Part shown: positions 1 through 8,541 of the stretch, piece after piece
How the letters are laid out: every line of letters begins with the position of its first letter
Position numbering within the stretch: the stretch's first letter is position 1
Source: Parcubacteria group bacterium GW2011_GWC1_45_13
GTDB taxonomy: Bacteria > Patescibacteriota > Minisyncoccia > UBA11713 > 2-01-FULL-45-33
Reading direction: 5' to 3'
Assembly (NCBI GenBank): GCA_001001285.1
Contig: LCKG01000004.1
Span: 1,957 to 65,956 of the forward strand
Length of the DNA stretch: 64,000 bases
Translations under genes and position numbers: made by a program
The notes under the pieces: generated by a model
Database searches by the model: none
What the model saw: the letters and a program-made list of their open reading frames with translations, nothing else
Told to the model about the DNA's origin: nothing

Positions 1-1349
1 ATCTTTCCATTTTCATCAATTGACCAGTTTCCGTTGGAGCTCCAAATGGCTGGCGCTTCAACCGCGTAAACTGCCTTTAATTTGCCGAGAGTTTGGTCGA
101 GCATCCAGCCATTACTTAATTCGCTTGACTCGCTTAATTTACTTAATTCGCTATCTAACTTCGCGTATCCCAAATTTACAAAAACGAGTATTTTTCCCTC
201 TGCTTGGGCTTCGCAAATATTATCTTGGCAAGAAATGCCGTCGAATGACTCCAAAGCAATGCCAATCGTCACTCCGGAAGTAGTCGCTTTCGTTCCCACG
301 CCAGCTTCTGAAGAAATAACGATTCTGTCCCCAACTTTGAGCGGCCCATTTTCCAAAGATATTTTCACCGGAACCCGCCCGGCCATTGCGACGGGATAGC
401 CGTTCGTGCTAGTCGCGTCAGGGCCGAATCCCAAAATGATTCCCGGATCGGTAGAAATAATTCCTATTACTTTATCCGTATTTTCTTTCATGGCCCTTTC
501 CACAAAATTTCCACCCGATGCCATTACTATTTCTCCTGCTTCCAGACTTTGTACGGAATTATATATTTCCGCCACGTCAGTCGCACCAATGGTTGATGTC
601 ACGGAACTTATCCGTCCGGTTGTTGAGGCGTTACAGCCGCCGTCGTTGTCCACACAAAGACCGCCGTTTGAAATTTCAACTCTGGAACCATTCCAGCCAA
701 CCACCAAAGAGCTTCTAGTGGGGCTGGTTGTGCCAATACCTACGCTTCCATATAATATGTTTCCGGCAGTTGTGGTTGTGCCGTAAATCGTCAGAATTGC
801 CGTGCTGTCTAGCATTGCCGAATAACTGTTTACAATACCGGCTGTTGTAGTTGAACTCGGCAAATCAATCCAGCTTAAAATTCCGGCATCCGTATCAAAG
901 GCCATGGGCCCGGTCTGAATTGAATCGGCGGAAATTATGCCGCTTGAGGAATCGTAATTAACAGCGCCAGAATCAACTACGAACCCGCCGTTGATTGAGG
1001 TCGTGGCGTAAGGCCCGTTGGTGTTGAAAGTAAAAAGAGGAGAAGCGGTGGTGGAGGTAGCGATAGACCAGGCGTAGACTTGATTTGAAGGAATTGTGGT
1101 AGTCGCGCTTGATAAATAATTAACAGTTAAAGTGGAGGCCGAAGAAGAAGCGATGTTTAGGATATTCGAGTTAAGCCAGGTGTTGCCGTTTATAGAGAGA
1201 GTAGAAAAAGGAGTTGTTGAAGCAATGCCGACGTTGCCCTTCATATATATTTGTCCATCGTTTCTTGCTTCAAAAGAACTCGCTAGGCCAGCACCAGCAA
1301 TAGCAAAGCCTTCGGTCGTACCGGAACCGGGGATAATCGTTGTTCCGCC
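1..1349 (-). CDS. C-terminal part of giant surface/fibre-like protein with peptidase G2 (intramolecular chaperone)-like region; runs off window
   Basis: Manual translation gives an open frame from ~1349 to base 1 (GGTTIIPGSG...GNVGIASTT...DVAEIY...AMAGRVPVKISLENGPLKVGD...). It is absent from the ORF track because there is no stop in the window. Confidence 0.75.
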
Positions 1350-3394
1350 GTCCCAATGCCGACGTTGCCGCTTCCTGCAACCACAAATGACGGCGTTGAT
1401 GTTCCTTCGTCTCCTACCCAAAACGGAAACTGTTGCGTGCCCATCTCTACTGACAAAAGTCCGGTTGGACTCGTCGTCCCGATGCCTAAAGCGCCTGTAA
1501 AGAAAGAAGCTGTTGAAGATGTGGCGTGCAGCCATCCGAAGGTGGGGGTAGTTGAGCCGTAGAAGTTGTGTACAGTGCCGGCGGCGGAAGAAACAATGCT
1601 GATTAAGTCGTTTGAAGCAAATGTTTGAGTTCCTCCTGTAAGCCCGTTAAGAGAAGAGATACCGCTTGCCGCGCCTATGCAAGTTCCGTTGGGCAAGCAA
1701 ACATTCCCTGTTCCTGTTACTTGAATTCCGCCAGCATAAGTTGAGGTGGCGGCGCCCAAAGCGGCAAAGACTCCTCCGGAGAGTATGAGTCCGGATGATT
1801 CAATGGCTCCGGCAGTTGTCGTGGCCATTCCTACTCCCAAGCCTCCGGAAGTTCCTCCGGCGGCTGAAGCTCCAATGAAAACATTCCCTCCTACCGATAA
1901 AAGTTGGGCTGGCGTGGTTGAAGAAATGCCAAGCCTGTTGTTAGCAGTGTTCCAGAAAAGATTGGAGTTGGTCAAAAAAGGTCCCGTGCCGTTTCCATAA
2001 AGTATTCCTCCGCTAATCAGAGTGGTTGTGCCTGTGCCTCCTATGTTAGTAGCAAGTGTTGAGGAAGAAGAAAGAATGCCGGTAGAGCCGAGCTCTGCTA
2101 TGCCCGCTCCCAAAGAACTGAATCTTACAGTACTTGTTGCAAAGAGCGTTCCGAAAAAAGGAGAAGAAGAGGCGTTGAAGTAGTGCACCGATCCTGCCGC
2201 TGGAGAAACGACATCTATGGGACCGCTGGCAGAGAAGGTCTGCGTTCCCCCTGTAAGCCCGTTAAGAGAGGTGATGCCTCCGCTTCCGGCTCCGGCGCAA
2301 GTGCCGTCAAGTAAAAGAAAACATCCTCCGGTAAGTTTTATCCCGTTGGCGAAAGTTGAAGTGGCCGAACCCGTCACCGCTAAATATCCGGTAGAAGTTG
2401 CATTTTGAAAAGTTAAATCTCCAACTACCGTTGAGGACGCCAGTGAAATAAATCCACCTGTTGTCAGAAGCCCAGACAAATTAAGTGTGGACGCGGAAAG
2501 AGAGTTTGTTGAAAGAGATGTAAATCCGGAAGCGGCTCCGGCAGAAGTAATTTTCCACGTATTGGAGGTGATTTCAGTGGATTTGGCCGAGTCGCCTAAA
2601 ATAATATTTCCAGTAGCAGTAAGATTTCCTCCTGTGGAAATTCCGTTGGAGAAATCTCCAAAAGAAGCTGAAACGCCCGAGCCGGTTTGCGGCGGAGAGT
2701 TGTAGGTTGGTCCGGGAATTGAGGCCGTTAAGAAAACAACCGGGTTTTGAACTTGATTGGAAGGAAGTCTTTTTTCCAAAGCCGCAAGAGAAAGCTGGAT
2801 TTGTGCAATAATGGAAGAGTTTATCTGGGCAAGGCGCTGGTCAATGTTTGAAGGAACAGAAAATTTGGACTCCAAAGAAGCCAACCTTGTTTGAAACGAG
2901 TCTAGACGGGCAAAGATTCCAGTCCAAGGCTGGTCCGTATTTGGTTGAGATGATGACTGGACTTTCGCAACAGACGGAGTTTCTGAAGTAGAAGTGCCGA
3001 AAGTCACAACTCTACTCCCCTCTGTGGGCAGCTCCAGAGTAGGAGCTTTCCCGGGCAACTCTTTGGCTATTTCAGTGGGTTCTGTGTATAGAAAATCTTC
3101 TACGACTAGCTTAAAGCCGCGCCCCAACGAAATCGTATAATCCCGCCAGGCGAAAAGATTACCCAAAAACCTGTCTTTAATATCGGAGAGAGAAAGTTTT
3201 ATATCTTCTAAAGTGAAAGGCGGTGCCGGTAAAGCGGCCAGAGATATCTCGGGAAGCGAGATATTACTCATTATATCTGGGAGTTCTGACAGCGATAGAA
3301 CGGTATAATCTTTCCAGGCAAAAAGATTGTTCAAAAACCTGTTTTTAATATTAAACAGAGATAGTTTTATATCTTCTAAAGTGAAAGGCAGTGC
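1283..3394 (-). CDS. Middle part of giant Ser/Thr/Gly-rich surface protein (frameshifted at both ends)
   Basis: ORF 1283..3334 extends upstream in frame to ~3394. It has GNVGIGT/GIGTTSP motifs, a duplicated C-x-DGTC...SLNGLTGGTQTF unit and a duplicated PFTLEDIKLSL...LFAWxDYT unit. Confidence 0.75.
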   Translation of the reverse strand, partial: ALPFTLEDIKLSLFNIKNRFLNNLFAWKDYTVLSLSELPDIMSNISLPEISLAALPAPPFTLEDIKLSLSDIKDRFLGNLFAWRDYTISLGRGFKLVVEDFLYTEPTEIAKELPGKAPTLELPTEGSRVVTFGTSTSETPSVAKVQSSSQPNTDQPWTGIFARLDSFQTRLASLESKFSVPSNIDQRLAQINSSIIAQIQLSLAALEKRLPSNQVQNPVVFLTASIPGPTYNSPPQTGSGVSASFGDFSNGISTGGNLTATGNIILGDSAKSTEITSNTWKITSAGAASGFTSLSTNSLSASTLNLSGLLTTGGFISLASSTVVGDLTFQNATSTGYLAVTGSATSTFANGIKLTGGCFLLLDGTCAGAGSGGITSLNGLTGGTQTFSASGPIDVVSPAAGSVHYFNASSSPFFGTLFATSTVRFSSLGAGIAELGSTGILSSSSTLATNIGGTGTTTLISGGILYGNGTGPFLTNSNLFWNTANNRLGISSTTPAQLLSVGGNVFIGASAAGGTSGGLGVGMATTTAGAIESSGLILSGGVFAALGAATSTYAGGIQVTGTGNVCLPNGTCIGAASGISSLNGLTGGTQTFASNDLISIVSSAAGTVHNFYGSTTPTFGWLHATSSTASFFTGALGIGTTSPTGLLSVEMGTQQFPFWVGDEGTSTPSFVVAGSGNVGIGTAEQRLSPVPVRPKALLLLVLA

Positions 3395-3842
3395 TTTTTT
3401 CTGACATTGCGCCGATTTTATTCATAACATCCAAAGAGCCGTCCGGATTCCAAAATATTAAGTTAAGCACGATCAGAGCGCTGGCAATCAGCGGAAATTT
3501 TTTTGATTTGAGCGCATCGGATAAGCTAAAAAATTTTTCTTCATAACCCAACAGGGCCTGGTCCCAATCGTCTAAACGAGATTTGCGAATAGAAAAAATT
3601 TGTCTTGTCAGTCCGTATAATTTATGAATCTCGCCAAAGCGAGCTGTTAAATTATTTTTTATACTTTTTAGTTGATTACCTTCGTTTCTATAATTTAAAA
3701 TTGATCTTTCCGAGACCATCCAATCTCGGCCGATGCGTCTACATTTCACTTTGCCAAGACGGCAAAGCTGGCCAACATAATCACTTGTGTAACCAGTTAT
3801 CTTTGCTACTTGTTTTGACGAGATATATTTCTCACCAGACAT
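3351..3842 (-). CDS. N-terminal HTH plus TM segment of the same giant protein
   Basis: YISSKQVAKITGYTSDYVGQLCRLGKV..RIGRDWMV is an excisionase-like HTH, followed by a hydrophobic stretch. The frame is lost near the T6 run at 3395-3400. Confidence 0.75.
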   Translation of the reverse strand: MSGEKYISSKQVAKITGYTSDYVGQLCRLGKVKCRRIGRDWMVSERSILNYRNEGNQLKSIKNNLTARFGEIHKLYGLTRQIFSIRKSRLDDWDQALLGYEEKFFSLSDALKSKKFPLIASALIVLNLIFWNPDGSLDVMNKIGAMSEKSTAFHFRRYKTISV

Positions 3843-3985
3843 GATGTATAATAAAAGTATATCGTTCTACCGAGATAACATAAAATGTTTCTGTGGATAA
3901 ATAAGATAAAAAATTAAAAAGTGAAGGCAAAAACTGAAATTATCTAAAAAATAATTTTAATAAACATTATTAAACATTAATAACA

Positions 3986-4318
3986 ATGAATCCGAGAAAG
4001 CAGAAAAATGATATTAAGGCGTTTATTGATTTTTTTCATGACGCTTGTTTAAAAATAAGGAAAGAAAAACCAAAATTCGCCCGCGGGAAAGACGGTAAGT
4101 TGGCTAAATACGCTTTAGCAAAATTTTCACGCGTACAGCTTGAGATGCTGGCGGTATGGTTTTTGGCCAAAAAACCCAAGCTTGCTCCAAGCATGGGCGC
4201 TATGCTATCTTCAAATGTGCTTTTGGAGCTTGAACGAGAAATAAAGAAGCCAAGTTTCTGGAAGGACTTGGACTCAATTTTAGAATCAAGCAAATATGAT
4301 TTTACAAAAAGAAAATAA
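3986..4318 (+). CDS. Hypothetical basic protein
   Basis: 110 aa ORF overlapping the def start; no recognised motif. Confidence 0.7.
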   Translation: MNPRKQKNDIKAFIDFFHDACLKIRKEKPKFARGKDGKLAKYALAKFSRVQLEMLAVWFLAKKPKLAPSMGAMLSSNVLLELEREIKKPSFWKDLDSILESSKYDFTKRK

Positions 4319-4829
4319 AATATTACGTAAAAGCGCCGAGGCAGTTGCCAGCCCGAACTCCGCGGACATTAAAACACTTATTAAAAAAATGGCCGAGGCA
4401 ATGTTCGCGGAGCCAGATGGCATTGGCATTGCCGCCCCGCAAATCGGAACGAATCTGCGGATTTTTTTAGTAGCTAAAGAAGCAGCTATAAAAAGCGCCG
4501 ATTGGCTTCACGAAAAAATCGGTGGTAAAAATAAAACAAGAAACGTGGAATATTTGGTTTTTATAAACCCCGTTGTCAAAAACTTTGCGTCTAAAACAAC
4601 AAAAGACATTGAAGGATGTCTTTCTGTGCGCGGATTTTATGGTGAGGTACCGAGGGCGGAGAAAATTACGATTGAGTATTTAGACGAATTTGGAAAAAAA
4701 CGCCAACGGGGGGCATCAGGGCTTTTTGCGAGAGTCATCCAGCACGAGCTGGATCACCTAAGCGGCGTTTTATTTATTGATAAAGCAAAAAAAATTAAAC
4801 ATTTTCCGCAAAATTTAAAAGATGCCTAA
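4296..4829 (+). CDS. def: Peptide deformylase
   Basis: GIGIAAPQIG, EGCLS and QHELDHL motifs. Confidence 0.97.
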   Translation: MILQKENKILRKSAEAVASPNSADIKTLIKKMAEAMFAEPDGIGIAAPQIGTNLRIFLVAKEAAIKSADWLHEKIGGKNKTRNVEYLVFINPVVKNFASKTTKDIEGCLSVRGFYGEVPRAEKITIEYLDEFGKKRQRGASGLFARVIQHELDHLSGVLFIDKAKKIKHFPQNLKDA

Positions 4830-5553
4830 AAAAATAATTTTCTTCGGCGGTTTTAAGGTGTTTTCTGAAATATATCTTAATGCTCTCAAAAGCGCCGGTT
4901 TTGAAATTGTCTTAGAAGCCAAAAACGCGGATCTGGGCATTATTGCTTACTACGGAAAAATTATACCGAAAGCTGTTTTGGAGCTACCTAAATATGGGTT
5001 TTTGAACGCCCACCCGTCGCTGCTCCCCCGCTGGCGGGGGCCGTCTCCAATCCAGGCGGCTATTTTGGCCGGAGACAAAACCACCGGTGTGACTATACAT
5101 ATGGCAACGGAGGAGCCTGACGCCGGGCCGATTTTAGCCCAGAAAGAAATTCCGATAGAGCCCGAGGATACCTGTTTTAGCTTAACCGGGAAGCTCGCTA
5201 ATGAAGGCGCGGCGCTTTTAATCCCGACTATTGAAAAATGGCTTTTGGGTAAAATTGCTCCAAAAGAGCAGGACCACTCCAAGGCCACTTTCACTAGATT
5301 GATTAAAAAAGAAGATGGGCTGATTGATTGGACCAAGGGCGCCGAATATATAGAAAGAATGGTGCGGGCGTATAACCAGTGGCCCGGGACATTCATAAAA
5401 ATGAAAAATGGGAAGATTTTAAAAATAAAAAAGGCAGCGGTAATAAATGGTGCTTTAAAACTTTTAATAGTCCAGCCGGAGGGGAAAAAAGAAATGGCGT
5501 ATGACGCTTTTGTGAGAGGACACAGGGAGATTATAGGAGAGCCGCTCCGATAG
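4822..5553 (+). CDS. fmt: Methionyl-tRNA formyltransferase (compact)
   Basis: NAHPSLLPRWRGPSPIQ and DAGPI motifs; follows def. Confidence 0.95.
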   Translation: MPKKIIFFGGFKVFSEIYLNALKSAGFEIVLEAKNADLGIIAYYGKIIPKAVLELPKYGFLNAHPSLLPRWRGPSPIQAAILAGDKTTGVTIHMATEEPDAGPILAQKEIPIEPEDTCFSLTGKLANEGAALLIPTIEKWLLGKIAPKEQDHSKATFTRLIKKEDGLIDWTKGAEYIERMVRAYNQWPGTFIKMKNGKILKIKKAAVINGALKLLIVQPEGKKEMAYDAFVRGHREIIGEPLR

Positions 5554-6226
5554 CAGCGGCGTTTTTGCCGAATTTCGATTTTCTTACAGGCAATTTTACC
5601 GCTTTTTGAAACTCAGCCACAAAATTTTGCCTTCCGGTTACTCCCCCGCCAACTATTATTAGTTTAGGGTTGTATTCTTTAAAGCGCCATTTCAAATGTT
5701 GGACTAAAAAAATGGCGAGGGCGTAGTTATTTTTTGAATCGCGTAATTTCTGATATTCTTTTTCCCAGCTCTCTGGGTACTCAAATTTTTTAATTTTTAA
5801 AATTTTGCCGGCTCTGCTGATCGCGCGCCCTATGCCCGTCCCCAGCGTAATAAATAAAACGGCCTGCCCGTCTAAATGCGTTAGCCCTGCCTTGCCAGTA
5901 GGCAGGTTTTGGTGGGCTCTCGCGAAACACCTAGCATCGTTATCAAGCCGCAACTTAGACGTCGGACGTCTAAGTTGCGAAATATCAAAATTTTTAAGAT
6001 ATTTAATGTTGGGGCAAAATAGAATTTTATTTCCTGAAACTGCGCCGGGCACTCCGATGCCGATTTTCTTTGCGCGGTAACTTTTTAAAATATTTTCCAA
6101 AAGCTTTTTAAAAGCGGCTAAATTTTTAGGCGTTTTAAACTCGCGAGCTTTTACGGCCCGCTTGCTGTCCCACAAAACCGCGCGTATTTTTGTGCCTCCA
6201 ATGTCTATACCTAACATAATATCCAT
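5531..6226 (-). CDS. ROK family sugar kinase-like protein
   Basis: GIDIGGTK, GIGVPG, DNDA and TLGTGIG motifs; carries two palindromic inserts. Confidence 0.88.
   Translation of the reverse strand: MDIMLGIDIGGTKIRAVLWDSKRAVKAREFKTPKNLAAFKKLLENILKSYRAKKIGIGVPGAVSGNKILFCPNIKYLKNFDISQLRRPTSKLRLDNDARCFARAHQNLPTGKAGLTHLDGQAVLFITLGTGIGRAISRAGKILKIKKFEYPESWEKEYQKLRDSKNNYALAIFLVQHLKWRFKEYNPKLIIVGGGVTGRQNFVAEFQKAVKLPVRKSKFGKNAAAIGAALL
5886..5906. repeat. Family B 21-nt palindrome inside ROK gene
   Basis: CCTGCCTTGCCAGTAGGCAGG; near-identical copies at 20421, 45639, 48672 and 60171. Confidence 0.9.
5949..5979. repeat. Family A (GACGTC) palindrome inside ROK gene
   Basis: CGCAACTTAGACGTC-G-GACGTCTAAGTTGCG with perfect 15-bp arms; same core as the copies around the transposase. 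Confidence 0.9.
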
Positions 6227-6230
6227 CCTT

Positions 6231-6262
6231 AGGCTTGTGTCCTACCGCTAGACGACCCCTCA
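6231..6262 (-). pseudogene. 5' half of a tRNA-Gln-like gene
   Basis: TGAGGGGTCGTCTAGCGGTAGGACACAAGCCT resembles the 5' half of the adjacent tRNA-Gln and ends at the anticodon loop. Confidence 0.7.
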
Positions 6263-6271
6263 CAACCATAA

Positions 6272-6342
6272 CTGGGGGACCTGGATTCGAACCAGGATAC
6301 CATCCTCCAAAGGGATGTGTCCTACCGTTAGACGATCCCCCA
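6272..6342 (-). tRNA. tRNA-Gln(TTG)
   Basis: Cloverleaf with anticodon arm CATCC-CTTTGGA-GGATG and T loop GGTTCGAATCC; CCA not encoded. Confidence 0.95.
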
Positions 6343-6533
6343 GCTATGGTTGCGAATTTTCGATGCTTCTTATAATTTTTTCTTTATTGTATTATTTTAT
6401 CCACGTTTCCGTTTTTTGGCAATTGCGATTTATGATGTTCAGTTTCTTTGAAACTTGACGTATTAACATGTTCGTGTTAGTATGTCAATACAACCTGATA
6501 CCGCCACATAAGGCGGTTTTATGTTGAAAATAC

Positions 6534-6899
6534 ATGAATTATCTCGTTTTAGCGGTAATTACAGCGCTTTTTTCTTTTCCGCAAAAAGCCCAAGAACAAG
6601 TTTTGCCGGAAACGCCGGCCAGCGTTACAGAAAACGCTACTCCGGAAATTTTGGAGAAAATCGCCATTTGTGAATCGCGAGGCAGACATTTTGACGAAAA
6701 CGGCAAAGTGCTTACCGGCGAAATTAATAAATATGACGTTGGCAAATATCAGATCAACGCTCTTTACTGGCGCGAGCTTGCGGAACGGCTCGGACACAAC
6801 ATTGATGACAAAGACGGCAATGAGGCAATGGCGATTGAGCTTTATCGACGGTATGGAACGGCACCGTGGAAATCATCAAAAAAATGCTGGGACAAATAA
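6534..6899 (+). CDS. Secreted lysozyme-like/lytic transglycosylase-like protein
   Basis: Signal peptide, IAICES (catalytic Glu-Ser), DVGKYQIN and PW...CW motifs. Confidence 0.75.
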   Translation: MNYLVLAVITALFSFPQKAQEQVLPETPASVTENATPEILEKIAICESRGRHFDENGKVLTGEINKYDVGKYQINALYWRELAERLGHNIDDKDGNEAMAIELYRRYGTAPWKSSKKCWDK

Positions 6900-6905
6900 A
6901 GCGGA

Positions 6906-7931
6906 TTATTTATACGTCGCGATTTTAATCAGCGCCAACTCCAGAGGCAGAGATGTGGAGTAATCGTCTGTGTGGGTGTCCAATGAATTCATTATTTGGT
7001 GAAGGGCATGCTCGGCACGTCCGGCTTCAGAAGGGACCATCTTTTTAAATTCCGTTATCTCATCTCCGGAAAATTCGCGCTCTAACATACGCTCCGTTTT
7101 AGGGTCAAGCGCCAAAAAATAAATCGCCCGCAAGCTCCGCAAAAGCAATTTTCCCAAAAGCGCTGGGTCTATTCCCTCTTCCAGAACTTTATCTAAAAGT
7201 TTTAAAACTTCTTCAACGTTTTTTTCAAACGCGATTTTTATTATTTTCTCTACGCTCTCCTCCTCCGGCGCCCCTAAAAGTGTGCGCACATCTGCCTCTT
7301 TGATATTTTTCTCTCCTAAACTTGCGATTTGAAACAAAATATTTTCGGCGTCCCGCAAAGAGCCGTCCGCGAAAAAAGCGATCAGTTTCAAAACATCGTC
7401 TTCCGTGGTAAGTTTTTCCTCTAAAGATATCTTTTCAAGTTCTTTGACTATATCCGGAATCGCAACCTTATTAAATTGAAAATGCTGTGTTCTAGAGATT
7501 ATCGTATCTGGAACTTTTGCAGGCTCAGTGGTGGCCAAAATAAAAATAGCATGCTCCGGCGGTTCCTCCAAGGTTTTTAAAAGTGCGTTGAAGGACTCTT
7601 TGGTCAACATATGCACTTCGTCAATAATGTAAGTTTTATATTTTGAGCGGAGCGGCACCGTGCGCACGGCTTCCCGTAAAGCTCTTGCTTCGTCTATCCC
7701 CCGGGATGAAGCCGCGTCAATTTCAATAACATCCTCTTCATAGGAACCTGTTTCTCTAGCCAAAATTCTGGCCACGGTCGTCTTTCCGGTTCCTCTCGGA
7801 CCCGAAAAAAGATAGGCGTGGGCGACACGTTTTTTTGAAACAGCGTTTTTTAAAATTTTGATAGTGTTCTCCTGTCCCACTACATCTTCAAAACGCTGCG
7901 GACGGTATTTTCTATAAAAAACCTGTGACAT
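6906..7931 (-). CDS. dnaX: DNA polymerase III subunit gamma/tau
   Basis: YRKYRPQRF, GPRGTGKT and IIDEVHML; start placed at MSQVFY. Confidence 0.96.
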   Translation of the reverse strand: MSQVFYRKYRPQRFEDVVGQENTIKILKNAVSKKRVAHAYLFSGPRGTGKTTVARILARETGSYEEDVIEIDAASSRGIDEARALREAVRTVPLRSKYKTYIIDEVHMLTKESFNALLKTLEEPPEHAIFILATTEPAKVPDTIISRTQHFQFNKVAIPDIVKELEKISLEEKLTTEDDVLKLIAFFADGSLRDAENILFQIASLGEKNIKEADVRTLLGAPEEESVEKIIKIAFEKNVEEVLKLLDKVLEEGIDPALLGKLLLRSLRAIYFLALDPKTERMLEREFSGDEITEFKKMVPSEAGRAEHALHQIMNSLDTHTDDYSTSLPLELALIKIATYK

Positions 7932-7932
7932 A

Positions 7933-8541
7933 TTATTTTTTAAACACAAAAAACTTAAATCCGATAAAATTCCAGATAAGCACAGCAATATTGGCGATAA
8001 ATTTTGCAACGTTCAGCCATTTTGACGGCCCTACAGCGGAAATTATTGAAACGGGCGCGTATGTTGTAAGTATTATAATAAGGACACTGTTAATGACAAG
8101 CCCACCAATGCCAACCGCGAAAAATTTCGGAAAATCTTGGAACAAATTATTTTCGTCGTAATCTTTAAAAACCCAGAGCTTGTTCCATAAATATCCATTT
8201 ATCACTGCAATTAAAAATCCTGGCGCATTGACCCAGCCGACAACGATGCCAGCGGTTACGCCAGTAATATAGCTTGTAAAGTTTAAAACTGTGAAGTCAA
8301 TCGCTGTTGAAAGAAATCCGGCGGCGGCATAGCGCCCAAATTGCGAAAAAAATGGCTTGACGTGTGCTCCAAGAAAATTGCCTAGCCAAACCCCCACCGC
8401 CCAAAGAATTGGAATAAAAACCAAGGCAACGAGATTTTGATATGGGAAAACAATATTTAAAAAACGCAAAATAACCAGCCCGAGCGCTCCCGTCAAAAAC
8501 CCCGCAACAGCACCGATCAAATAATCTTTTTTGGTGGTCAT
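7933..8541 (-). CDS. GtrA-family membrane protein
   Basis: QFGRY...IDF..LN, NGYLWNKLWVF and WNFIGFKFFVF patterns. Confidence 0.8.
   Translation of the reverse strand: MTTKKDYLIGAVAGFLTGALGLVILRFLNIVFPYQNLVALVFIPILWAVGVWLGNFLGAHVKPFFSQFGRYAAAGFLSTAIDFTVLNFTSYITGVTAGIVVGWVNAPGFLIAVINGYLWNKLWVFKDYDENNLFQDFPKFFAVGIGGLVINSVLIIILTTYAPVSIISAVGPSKWLNVAKFIANIAVLIWNFIGFKFFVFKK

Noticed and set aside
1-3842. Diversity-generating retroelement acting on the surface gene
   Set aside because: No reverse transcriptase in the window, and the repeat differences are not adenine-specific.
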